Virus record (IMG/VR): IMGVR_UViG_3300024999_000098
Origin: an uncultured virus (IMG/VR IMGVR_UViG_3300024999_000098)
Taxonomy: Duplodnaviria > Heunggongvirae > Uroviricota > Caudoviricetes
DNA: 20,000 nucleotides
Reading direction: 5' to 3' (one strand)
Shown one piece after another: positions 1 through 9,159 of this stretch (the stretch's first letter is position 1; every line of letters starts with the position of its first letter). The position numbers were made by a program, and so were the translations under genes. The notes below the pieces were generated by a model. The model did not search any database. It was not told the origin of the DNA and saw nothing but the letters and a program-made list of their open reading frames with translations.

Positions 1-645
1 ATCTACGACAAGATCGATGAGATCACCGCTGGTGGGATCACCGACGAAAACCTCCCAAGCCTGAATCGATATCTGGCTGCAGTTGGTGAACCGCCCTATG
101 AAAAGGTCATCAAGAAGCCAGCCAAGAAGGGAGGGATCTTGGGCTTCGGTGGCCAGGAAGAGGAGTCCGAATTCAGGCAGTCAGTTGCTATCAAAAAAAC
201 TGATGAAAACCCTTCTACTGACTTGCCAAAAGAAGGCGCGGGTGATACAGTAAAAGGCAGCGGTGCCAATAAGTTCAGTGCAATGCTGACCACGAAAACA
301 GAGGGACAACCGGCTAAGGTAAATGGGACAACTATCAGTTTGAATGATGATATCCCGAAAAAGAAATCGCCAGTTGGTGGGTCCACAGATGTGGGCACAG
401 AGCTTGGTGAGGCGGTAAAGGTTATCGTTGCCGGTGGGGAGGTTACGGTTGATATGGTCAAGGCTATGCCTGGATTGGCCGAAGCACTGGTCGATGCATC
501 TACGCGTGCCGAGGGTGCAACCGCGAAGAAGCTGATAGCAGCAGCCAAGAAGGCCGAAGGGTTCGTGAAGAACATGGTCAGAAAGGAAAGCCTCGGTGAA
601 AAAGAGGCCAGGATCAGAAGCGGAGCATTCAGGGCGGGAGAATAA
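1..645 (+). CDS. Partial (5'-truncated) hypothetical phage protein, probable internal virion protein
   Basis: Frame 1 is open from base 1 (IYDKIDEITAGG...) to TAA at 643-645, so the ORF-track start at 139 is internal. It ends 3 nt before the next gene. Function is inferred from position only. Confidence 0.7.
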   Translation: MYDKIDEITAGGITDENLPSLNRYLAAVGEPPYEKVIKKPAKKGGILGFGGQEEESEFRQSVAIKKTDENPSTDLPKEGAGDTVKGSGANKFSAMLTTKTEGQPAKVNGTTISLNDDIPKKKSPVGGSTDVGTELGEAVKVIVAGGEVTVDMVKAMPGLAEALVDASTRAEGATAKKLIAAAKKAEGFVKNMVRKESLGEKEARIRSGAFRAGE

Positions 646-648
646 GCC

Positions 649-3606
649 ATGATATCATACGATGAATTCCTCCAGTCGCCGGAATTTCTTTATGCAAATG
701 AAGAGGCCCGACCGCTGGTTATGGAAACCTATGCCACCGACTTCTGGAAAGAGGTCATGTCAGATCCCGAATACGCCAGCAACCACGATGCGCCCGAGTG
801 GCAGCAGGTTCGTGATCAGTTCGACAGTATGTTCCCGACCGGCAGGTATATCCGCGCCGAGCTTGAGGGCCAGGATACCGGCATTAAGAAGGGCTGGGAG
901 GGGCTGAAGTCTGGTGCCAAGCAGGCCTACGGTGTCGTCACCGGCAACGCCGATATGGTGGCAGAAGAGGTTGCCAAACAGGACGAATACGAGCGGAATA
1001 ATCCTGGCACCCGCGCAGGCGGAGAGATGGAGAAAGCGTTTCAATCTGGCGGTGACCGGCCTGGTGTGATCGGCGGCATCAAGAACGTCGCAGGCGGTAT
1101 TCTGGGTGTCGGCCGGGAATTCAAGAAGGATGTTGTTGAAGCGCCAGATATCTGGACCGGCACAAAAGCCGCCTGGGATAACCTGGCCGCATTCGCCAAC
1201 GCCAACCTTGAGCAGCTTCCGAATTCAGCACCGGGTATGACCGGCACGCTGGCCGGTGGCGCTGCAGGTTGGGCCAGTGGCGGACCAATCGGTGCAATCC
1301 TGGGGAGTATCGGTGGTGGCACTGTCGGTAATTCAATCGTGGAGATGCGCGGTAAAATCCTCCAGGGCCTGCAGGAAGCAAAAATAAACCCGGTTGATCG
1401 CGATGCCGTATCAAAATGGGTCGCCGAGAACCAGGCCCAGATCATCACTGACACAGCCCAGAAATCAGCAGTAATATCAGTAGTTGATGCTCTCACATTG
1501 GCAGCTGGTGCGAAGATCCTCGCTGGCCCGGCTCTCGCTGCGTCGAACCGTACCCTTGCAAAAATGGGTGTGGATGCCGCAAGTCCGGACATGGTGAAAG
1601 CCGCAAAATCCAGCCCGCAGTATAAGGCCCTGATGGCCGCTGACGAGCCGTTCCAGAAAACACTCACTGGTGTCAATAAGCTCTCCCGCAACGTCGGTGC
1701 AGCCGCTCTTGAGCCTGCCGGTGAGGCCTTTGGCGAGTACATGGGTGAGAAGTGGTCCACCGGCAAGCAGGATATGCGCGAGGCATTCCTGGAGGGGATC
1801 TTCTCCCTGGGCACCTCAGCCGGTGTGTTTGCTGGCCAGAAAGCCTTCCAGGCAATCAAGGCCCCAGGCAAACCAGCAGTTCCTGAAAAGCCTATCGGAG
1901 CAGCAACGCAGGGAATCCTTGCAACCGAGTCCGTCGATGAGGCAATCGAGACATTCAAGACCGCAGTCGAGACACCGGCTATGCCCACCGAAGAGCTTGG
2001 CGTGCAGGCCCCTGTCGACCAAGCCATTGACGAATTCAAAAGCAACGTCCGTACCGGCGACCAGCGCGTAGCAGAGCGGGATATTGAATCGATCTTGACA
2101 TCTAGCCAGGTTCCGGTAGATCCGCAGACCTACGGCCCGGCCTACGACTACACCATCAACGACGAGCCAACAGTCTCCGCGCCGGTTGAATCAATCGAAG
2201 AGCGCAAGGCGGCAATCGAATCATCTCCACTGACCGATGAGGAAATCCGTGGTAAGGCAGGGGCTGAATATATCCCGTCTGTCGACGGCGATCGCCTTAA
2301 AAAACAGGCAGATAGAGAGTTCGCGTATGAGGTATCAGAGAGGCCTGACGAGCCCGAATACGAGAGCCCCGAGGAACGACGGGCCGTCATTAAATACTCC
2401 GAGCTGACAGAGGAAGAGATCCGGGGAAAAGCCGGAACTACATACACTCCGTCAGTTGACGGCGACCGGCTCAAAAAGCAGGCGGAACTGGAGGAAACCT
2501 TCGCACTGCCGACAAGGGAAGAGCAGCGCAGATCTACGAAAGCAGAAACCTACGAGACGCTTGCCAATAAGGAAGAGACTCCGCTAGACCGGAAGATGGC
2601 CAAGGTCGAGGAGGATCTCGATGCCCGGCGTGCCGTGGGAACAGCACGCCCGGAAATCGCAACCGAAACCCTGGAGCGCCAGGAGGTCTTTGAGTCCAAG
2701 CCCGCAGACTTCACCGCCAGCAACGGTAAACCGTTCAGCAACGAGAAGACACTGAAGTGGTCTGCAGCCCAGCGCAAAGTCTCCCTGGAAGGGATGGCCA
2801 TCGTCCCGTACAAGGGCGGTGTCATCGCCGTGTCGAAAGCAGCCGAAAAAGCGCCTGTACGGCACGACGCTGCGGTCAAACTGGAAAACGGGCACTGGGA
2901 GATCAACGGCGACAAATCAACGGCTAAGGGTCAAACAGTCGATCTGGATGCCACCCAGCCCCAGAAGGAAGCCGGGAACTACAAGAAGGCCCATGTTCGG
3001 ATCAACGGCCTGGAAATCTCCATCGAGAACCCTATCGGCTCCACCCGCACAGGAATCGCTCCAGATGGCTCTGAGTGGCAGACACCGATGAAAGCGGACT
3101 ATGGGTATATCAAGGGCACAACCGGCAATGACAAGGACCACCTTGACGTTTTTATCAAGCCGAAATACCGTGGCGGCGACGGGCCGGTATTCGTCGTCAA
3201 TCAGGTGGACCCGGAAACCGGCAAGTTCGATGAGCACAAGGTCGTCATGGGCGCGAAGACCGAAGACGAGGCCATGGAGATCTACGAGTCGAATTACGAG
3301 AAGGGCTGGCCGGGCGGGAAGTCGGTAGTACCGATGACCCAGGAACAGTTCTCCTCTTGGTCGCGCTCTGAAGCACCGAAGAAGGGAGAAGTGAAGCTGG
3401 CTGATCTGCCCAAGGCCCCCAAAGCACCGAAGGCCCTACCATCTGTAGACCTTGAAAGTATCCCGAGCGATCTTATGGTACAGGTTAAAGAAATTACCAA
3501 GGACGGTAAGGAGCAGCCCGTCACCAGAAATGCCCGTGCGGCACTGAAAGAGCACGGAGAACTGATCGAAAAGTACAGCACACTGTTAGGATGTCTCCAA
3601 TCATAA
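649..3606 (+). CDS. Large phage internal-virion/ejection-type protein with C-terminal inorganic pyrophosphatase (InPase, polyvalent-protein type) domain
   Basis: 985-aa ORF with GGAG RBS. The N-half has Gly/Ala-rich hydrophobic helices. The segment at ~2962-3360 (QKEAGNYKKAH..IENPIGSTRTG..W...M..DYGYI.GT.GNDKDHLDVF..FDEHKVVMG..Y..NY..GW) matches the InPase domain of polyvalent proteins, with a DxDxxD metal-binding motif. Confidence 0.85.
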   Translation: MISYDEFLQSPEFLYANEEARPLVMETYATDFWKEVMSDPEYASNHDAPEWQQVRDQFDSMFPTGRYIRAELEGQDTGIKKGWEGLKSGAKQAYGVVTGNADMVAEEVAKQDEYERNNPGTRAGGEMEKAFQSGGDRPGVIGGIKNVAGGILGVGREFKKDVVEAPDIWTGTKAAWDNLAAFANANLEQLPNSAPGMTGTLAGGAAGWASGGPIGAILGSIGGGTVGNSIVEMRGKILQGLQEAKINPVDRDAVSKWVAENQAQIITDTAQKSAVISVVDALTLAAGAKILAGPALAASNRTLAKMGVDAASPDMVKAAKSSPQYKALMAADEPFQKTLTGVNKLSRNVGAAALEPAGEAFGEYMGEKWSTGKQDMREAFLEGIFSLGTSAGVFAGQKAFQAIKAPGKPAVPEKPIGAATQGILATESVDEAIETFKTAVETPAMPTEELGVQAPVDQAIDEFKSNVRTGDQRVAERDIESILTSSQVPVDPQTYGPAYDYTINDEPTVSAPVESIEERKAAIESSPLTDEEIRGKAGAEYIPSVDGDRLKKQADREFAYEVSERPDEPEYESPEERRAVIKYSELTEEEIRGKAGTTYTPSVDGDRLKKQAELEETFALPTREEQRRSTKAETYETLANKEETPLDRKMAKVEEDLDARRAVGTARPEIATETLERQEVFESKPADFTASNGKPFSNEKTLKWSAAQRKVSLEGMAIVPYKGGVIAVSKAAEKAPVRHDAAVKLENGHWEINGDKSTAKGQTVDLDATQPQKEAGNYKKAHVRINGLEISIENPIGSTRTGIAPDGSEWQTPMKADYGYIKGTTGNDKDHLDVFIKPKYRGGDGPVFVVNQVDPETGKFDEHKVVMGAKTEDEAMEIYESNYEKGWPGGKSVVPMTQEQFSSWSRSEAPKKGEVKLADLPKAPKAPKALPSVDLESIPSDLMVQVKEITKDGKEQPVTRNARAALKEHGELIEKYSTLLGCLQS
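2188..2484 (+). repeat. Intragenic direct repeat: two 41-codon copies (2188-2310, 2362-2484)
   Basis: ESIEERKAAIESSPLTDEEIRGKAGAEYIPSVDGDRLKKQA vs ESPEERRAVIKYSELTEEEIRGKAGTTYTPSVDGDRLKKQA: 31/41 identical, 174-nt period. Confidence 0.95.
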
Positions 3607-3618
3607 AGAGGTAAGTGA

Positions 3619-6600
3619 ATGAGTTCTCTCTCAAATTGTCTGTCTGTCCACAAGATTCCTACCACAGAAGCTGAGTTCATCAAAAGCAAATCCGCCGAGT
3701 ATCGCAGTGAGGGTTTCGATGCCCAGGCCGCGAACGAGGGCGCAGTCAAGGATCTGATCAATAACCTGCGTGGCGAATACGAGGCCATGGTTGCACAGGT
3801 TCAAGGGAAAGCCACCAAGCCGACCGATAACGTGGTTGATGCCGAGGAGGCCCTGAAAGACCCGGAACTTGCCAAGTTCAAGGGCAATAAGTTTTTCACC
3901 GCAGCCGTGGTCAAAGGGGCCAGGGATCGGATCGCCGCCAGCAGCAAAACCCTTTCTTCTGGATTCGATATTACCCTCCTGAAGGATCTCATTCTGATCG
4001 GCGGTGCCTACTTCGAAAAGGGTGCTAGGGAATTCACCGCATGGGCAAAGAAGATGCGGGAAACCCACAAGGATGTCAGCGAGAAGTATCTGGTGGATAC
4101 GTTCAAGATCGTCTCCAAACATCCGGCATTCGACGGCGAAACCCGCAAGGCCGGTTCCCATATCGATTGGCAACCCGAGGTCGCTGGCACCGGCCGGATC
4201 TTCGGTTCCCCGGAAGACATCAATACCATGGAGGATTTTGAAAACAAGCTGAAGTTCGTCACAGGCCTCCGCGATGAAGGTGTTTCCGGGCGCTACTGGT
4301 ACGAGCAGTCGGCCCGCTACATCTGGGAGGCTATGCAGGGAAACCCGCTCCTGGCCGAGAAGTTCATCAAGATCCTGGCGATCTACTCACCGCAGTCCGC
4401 TGTCGGCTCCAACACCACCATGGGGATCAAGGCCTTCAATCAGTGGCTCAATGGTGTACCCGAGCCGATGCTGAAGACGAAGACCACAGCCCAGGATGCA
4501 AAGGCAAGGAACGTCCTGTACCATGATGGTCACTTTGAGGGACGCAAGACCGAATCCTTCTATTACAACCTGCTGACCCAGATCATTTATGAGCACCCGG
4601 AAGCCATCGTTGAGATGACCTTAAGTGCAGAGGATATGGAGAAGCTCGGTATTAAGAGCACGGTCGATGTTTGGATGCTCCGTTCGTTTCACTATCGCCG
4701 GGCAGGAACCCCCAATGACCTTGGTAATGGCGCTTACTCGTTCGTAGAGAATTCGCTCCTGCGGCTGGTGGACGAGGCTAACGCGAACCTCCCCGAGGGT
4801 GAACCCAAATGGACCCCATACCAGTATCAGGCTGCAGTCTGGACCGCCATGAAGGCCCGGTATGAAGATCCGGCAGTCAAGGCCAAGACGAACCAGATGT
4901 CCCTGGACGCTGGCTTCTCCTACATGGGAACCGACAAGAAGGGAAACCCCGCACTCCTTCGCAAGACGGATAAGGTGTCGAAAGAAGGGCACATGGAAAT
5001 CTGGTATCAGAACGCCATGTCAATGGTCACACCAGAGCAAGCCAGGAATAATGCAGAGGAATGGGGTGCAGACTTCGCAACCCACCTGACCAAGCGCACC
5101 GCCGTCGCAACCTGGGAAGCCAACCCGAGCACAGTCTTTAAGCATGAGATCAATGATGCATCCAGGGCCATCAAGGAAGAGTTCCAGTCCATGGCGCAGC
5201 AGATCATCACCGGGGAGGAGGGCGAGAACCTTGTGTCCTCCGCTCTCGGGATAGGGCTCACATACGATAAAAAGGGCTCAGGGGCTTATGCTGGAACTGT
5301 CTCCCCGAATACCCTGTCGCACCTTACGCCGACCGTTTCCCCGCTGTCAAAGCATACCGTCAACGCCTACACTAAGATCCTGCAGTACGTGTTTAAACAG
5401 GACGCAGTGCCATGGTTCCAGGTAAACCCACAGGCGCTAAACAAGGGTGAAGCGAACGAGAATAAATACCGCGTCATCGACAAGAACGATAAGACCTACC
5501 GGACCTTCCCCACCATCGCAGAGGCCCGTGCGGTCGCCGCCGAGAAGGGCTCCGGGTATGCCGTAAAGGGCGGGCCTTATGCCCGTGGTATGATGTTGAC
5601 CTACGGGAGCGACATTACCCCCGAGCAGGAAGCTGCATTGTCTGTGGCGCTTGACGCGAAGTTCGGCAACGGTGGGGGGTTTACCAGGCTGAATAACCGA
5701 CAAGTCGCGGTTGTCAATTTCAGGGATGATGACACCAAAATCCCCGAAATGGAGGATGAGGATTTTATAGAAGGCCTGCGTGATATCACCGATGATATCA
5801 CCGGCATTGAATCACAGAAAGGCTTCTGGGCCGAGGGACGATATGGCTACCATGACTGGACGAAAGACAAGGAAGGTAAGGCGCTTACCGATGACAGAAT
5901 TATCACAGGAATCCCCGGACTTCTCAACAGGGTACGTGCTTGGAGAGCAGAATACGAAGAGCTTGTCACAGAGTTCTCCGGAGAAGCCCTCCGAGAGCGC
6001 GAACGACAAGTCGCAGCAGGAAGGGGCCGATTTCGTATCGAAGACGCTGGCAAGGGAATTCAAACAGAGTCAGGGCTCCCGGTAAACCCGGACGGAACTG
6101 TTCCCTTATTTCATTGGTCAGCAAAATCCGATCTCACAGAACTCGATCCTGGGAAGTATGGCACCGGCATCAAGGGTGCAGAGCTTCGCCGCAAACAGAA
6201 CGACCCGGCAAACTGGGTCAACCGGACCTACTATGGAGTGGAAGGAGGTGGATACACCAAGGAGCCAGGTCTGGGCGGGCAGAGGTACGATACATCAATT
6301 CCATTTATGAGACTGTACGATTTTCAGAAAGACCCTGACAATCTGATGGACGCTGTTCGTAAGGAGAAGGCTGGCGATCCCTTTATCAATCAAGCCAATC
6401 TCTATGAGCGAAAAATCAAGGAGGCAGGATACGCCGGATATATCAGTAAAAGTGATATGGGGTATGTTGCTGCCGTCTTTGAAAAGCAACCGGTGTCACG
6501 CAGGGCTATAACCACTTGGCCAAGTGATATTTCCAACGCCAAGGCCTTTTACTCCAAGATCCAGCAGGTAGCGTCCGATAAATTCACCGGCATGAAGGCG

Positions 6601-9159
6601 CAAGGTGTCGAGAACTTCCTCTTGAAGCAGGGTGTCAAGAAGGCCGAGATCGAATCGACCGGTCTGCGGGAATGGCTGGGCGCGATGAAGCCTACCGACA
6701 AGGTAACGAAGGAGCAGTTGAGCGACTTCGTGCAGGCGAACACCGTTGAGTTTGAGGATGTGGTGATGGGGGCCAGAGATCAGGCCAAGGTTGCACCTAT
6801 CGCGAAAAAGCTTAGGGCTGTCGTAAAGGCCAATGATGACTTGGGTTACGATACAACCGGGGAGGCCGTTTCTGATTTGCGAGACAATAAGCTGGACCCA
6901 AATAATGTAGAATGGAACGACGCCGAAGATAAAGAACTGGCGATTGATCTAATAAGGAAATTGCGCGATGCGATAGGATGGCCTACCCACTTCGACCAGT
7001 ACACCGAGCCAGGAGCCGAGGAAGGCAGCTACCGGGAGATGTTCGTTACTGCGCCGGGGAATAAGGTTGATGAGTCTGGGTGGGAAGTAAAATATATTGA
7101 ACTTAATGCCGAGGTAAAGAGAAAACTAAAAGAAAGGGGGATAGATAGATCAGGTGGGTATCGTGTTATTGATACCAATGGACACCCTATTTCTTTGTCA
7201 ATACGGCAAACCAAAGAGGAGGCGCTTGCTGACGCGAGGAAAGTAAGGAGAACATGGAACGACGGCCACTCCCAATACTCAGAGATCCAAAACCCCATAG
7301 TCCGCATACGGTTCAACACCGTCAAGGATTCTGAGGGCAGAACAATTCTCCGCGTTGAAGAGATGCAGGGACCGTCCGACGCGAACCAGCAGAAGATGCC
7401 CAAGCACCTGAAGGACAATATCTACCAGACCGGTGTCAAGCGCGTCCTCGCCTATGCCAAGGAGAACGGGTTCGACGGGGTGGCGCTGGCTACGAAGCCG
7501 GGGCGGACTGCCGGGGAGACTCAGGCTGACCGGTATTCGCTTGAGAAGCAGATCAGGGAGATAAATTATACAAGGCATGATGATTTTGGGGAAATCACAT
7601 ACGACTTTTCCGCCACAGGACTAGACGGGAACGAAGCCATGCAGCGGAATGGGTTGAGCCAGAACGAAGTGGCCGACTATCTTGGCAAAGATATGGCCGT
7701 AAAAATGGACAAAAAGGATGGGACGTTTGTTGAGGGCGGAGACGACAGCCATTATCAACTTTCCGGCCTTGATCTTCGCGTTGGTGGCTCCGGCCTGAAG
7801 CAACTCTATGACGTAGACCTCCCCAACATCTTTAAAGCATGGGGCAAGGAGGCAATAGGGGAGGCTGCCGTCGCGACAAGCCAATCCTCATGGGAGGTTG
7901 TTGGGTATGACATCGAAGGATCGCGGCATGTTCTGAGTTCTCACGACAACAAAAGCGATGCTGATAGGGCGGCTAAAGACACCGGCAAATATGAAGATTC
8001 GCCCGTGTCGGTAGAGCGCGGCGGAACCGCAACCATGCCGTTTATCCCCATCACCCAGAACACGCCCAGCACCTTCCCGAAGTTCAGGCGAGGCACTGTC
8101 GCAGCCTCCGCTGACTCGGAGACTGCCAGGGTAAACCACATATCGTCACTGCCAGTCCGACAGCAAGAAATAGTAAAACACCTTGAACGATCCGGCGTGC
8201 TGAATTTCGTCACCAACGACCGGATCTTGAAAATGATCAAGCAGCGAGACGGGGTTGATTTTGCCAGCCAGAACGTCAGGATCGCAGGTGTGGTTTGGGA
8301 CGGACCGGCATTTATCGCCGCCGAGAACATCCCGGCTGATCAGATCTGGAGCACCATCCGGCACGAAGTCGGTGTCCATGTCGGTTTTCTCCTGCAGTCC
8401 GATAAGGAATTCCAGATGATGAAGGATAGCGTCTGGGGCCGTCGCGATGAAAAAAGCACAACCGGCGAGGCGATCCGCGCTGCCATGAAGCTGATTCCCG
8501 CAGACACCGAATCCCAATACTACCGGGAAGAGATCATCGCATACCTCGCTGGCCAGGAGGGTGATATCGGCATCATCCGCCGCCTGATCACCAAGGTCAA
8601 GATGGCCATGGTGAAGGCAGGCTTTGATATGAAGCTGTTCACCGTGGACGATTTCAAGGCCATGGCAGATATGGCGATCAAGGCCTCTTCCAAAGAATGG
8701 ATGGTCGCGAAGAACGCTGACGGCTCCAGCCGAAATATGGTCACAGTAGCAGCGCAACCAGCAAGGCACGCACAGGTTCCCATGGGTCGTGCAGCCGCGC
8801 CCCATACTGGGCCGATCCTGCCGATCCAGACCGTGCTTGAGAAGTCCTGGCTCGGTGAGAAGTTCGAAAAATTCGGCATCTGGGGGTGGAATGCGGACAA
8901 GGCAATCGAGACGGTGCAGAAGCAAATCCCTGACCAACCGGTTGAGCGTGACTATAATCTCCTGCGCGGGCTGGCCGGGAAGGCTATCGCCGGGCAGGTT
9001 CAGATCTTCGACAGCGAGAAGCTGCAGCCATACCTGAAGTCTCTGGTGGCCAATGGCCTGACCATTGACGATGTCGAGCGCCTGGGTTGGGCACAGCACG
9101 CCCCCGAGCGGAACCTGCAGATGCGCCGAGTGAACCACGCCGGTATGTCGATGCGGTGA
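3619..9159 (+). CDS. Giant polyvalent virion protein, N-terminal part (HhH-glycosylase-like, ADP-ribosyltransferase-like, FYS/EExQ and zincin-like domains); frameshifted relative to 9087-11690
   Basis: 1846-aa ORF with GAGG RBS. Motifs: NKFFT..AR..LSSGFD...GAREFTAWAKKM (~3886-4056); WY..AIYSPQ..N..KTESFYYNL..TVDVWM..QAAVW (4288-4854); HWS..LDP..YGTG..GAE..GYAGY (~6100-6495); FYS..GVKKAE..YRE..EEMQ..KRVLAYAKENGFDGVA..LYD..LP (6547-7850); HEVGVH..EE (8362-8532); ends HAPERN. Confidence 0.85.
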   Translation: MSSLSNCLSVHKIPTTEAEFIKSKSAEYRSEGFDAQAANEGAVKDLINNLRGEYEAMVAQVQGKATKPTDNVVDAEEALKDPELAKFKGNKFFTAAVVKGARDRIAASSKTLSSGFDITLLKDLILIGGAYFEKGAREFTAWAKKMRETHKDVSEKYLVDTFKIVSKHPAFDGETRKAGSHIDWQPEVAGTGRIFGSPEDINTMEDFENKLKFVTGLRDEGVSGRYWYEQSARYIWEAMQGNPLLAEKFIKILAIYSPQSAVGSNTTMGIKAFNQWLNGVPEPMLKTKTTAQDAKARNVLYHDGHFEGRKTESFYYNLLTQIIYEHPEAIVEMTLSAEDMEKLGIKSTVDVWMLRSFHYRRAGTPNDLGNGAYSFVENSLLRLVDEANANLPEGEPKWTPYQYQAAVWTAMKARYEDPAVKAKTNQMSLDAGFSYMGTDKKGNPALLRKTDKVSKEGHMEIWYQNAMSMVTPEQARNNAEEWGADFATHLTKRTAVATWEANPSTVFKHEINDASRAIKEEFQSMAQQIITGEEGENLVSSALGIGLTYDKKGSGAYAGTVSPNTLSHLTPTVSPLSKHTVNAYTKILQYVFKQDAVPWFQVNPQALNKGEANENKYRVIDKNDKTYRTFPTIAEARAVAAEKGSGYAVKGGPYARGMMLTYGSDITPEQEAALSVALDAKFGNGGGFTRLNNRQVAVVNFRDDDTKIPEMEDEDFIEGLRDITDDITGIESQKGFWAEGRYGYHDWTKDKEGKALTDDRIITGIPGLLNRVRAWRAEYEELVTEFSGEALRERERQVAAGRGRFRIEDAGKGIQTESGLPVNPDGTVPLFHWSAKSDLTELDPGKYGTGIKGAELRRKQNDPANWVNRTYYGVEGGGYTKEPGLGGQRYDTSIPFMRLYDFQKDPDNLMDAVRKEKAGDPFINQANLYERKIKEAGYAGYISKSDMGYVAAVFEKQPVSRRAITTWPSDISNAKAFYSKIQQVASDKFTGMKAQGVENFLLKQGVKKAEIESTGLREWLGAMKPTDKVTKEQLSDFVQANTVEFEDVVMGARDQAKVAPIAKKLRAVVKANDDLGYDTTGEAVSDLRDNKLDPNNVEWNDAEDKELAIDLIRKLRDAIGWPTHFDQYTEPGAEEGSYREMFVTAPGNKVDESGWEVKYIELNAEVKRKLKERGIDRSGGYRVIDTNGHPISLSIRQTKEEALADARKVRRTWNDGHSQYSEIQNPIVRIRFNTVKDSEGRTILRVEEMQGPSDANQQKMPKHLKDNIYQTGVKRVLAYAKENGFDGVALATKPGRTAGETQADRYSLEKQIREINYTRHDDFGEITYDFSATGLDGNEAMQRNGLSQNEVADYLGKDMAVKMDKKDGTFVEGGDDSHYQLSGLDLRVGGSGLKQLYDVDLPNIFKAWGKEAIGEAAVATSQSSWEVVGYDIEGSRHVLSSHDNKSDADRAAKDTGKYEDSPVSVERGGTATMPFIPITQNTPSTFPKFRRGTVAASADSETARVNHISSLPVRQQEIVKHLERSGVLNFVTNDRILKMIKQRDGVDFASQNVRIAGVVWDGPAFIAAENIPADQIWSTIRHEVGVHVGFLLQSDKEFQMMKDSVWGRRDEKSTTGEAIRAAMKLIPADTESQYYREEIIAYLAGQEGDIGIIRRLITKVKMAMVKAGFDMKLFTVDDFKAMADMAIKASSKEWMVAKNADGSSRNMVTVAAQPARHAQVPMGRAAAPHTGPILPIQTVLEKSWLGEKFEKFGIWGWNADKAIETVQKQIPDQPVERDYNLLRGLAGKAIAGQVQIFDSEKLQPYLKSLVANGLTIDDVERLGWAQHAPERNLQMRRVNHAGMSMR

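Noticed and set aside
2188..2484. DGR template/variable repeat pair
   Set aside because: Differences are synonymous rather than adenine-specific, and there is no reverse transcriptase in the window.
9100..9106. GCCCCC as a programmed -1 slip site
   Set aside because: Slipping there would remove the ERN of the conserved HAPERN motif, and it is not a canonical heptamer.
9087..9135. Independent TTG start for the 867-aa ORF
   Set aside because: There is no RBS, the first residues are not protein-like, and the conserved motif succession spans the junction.
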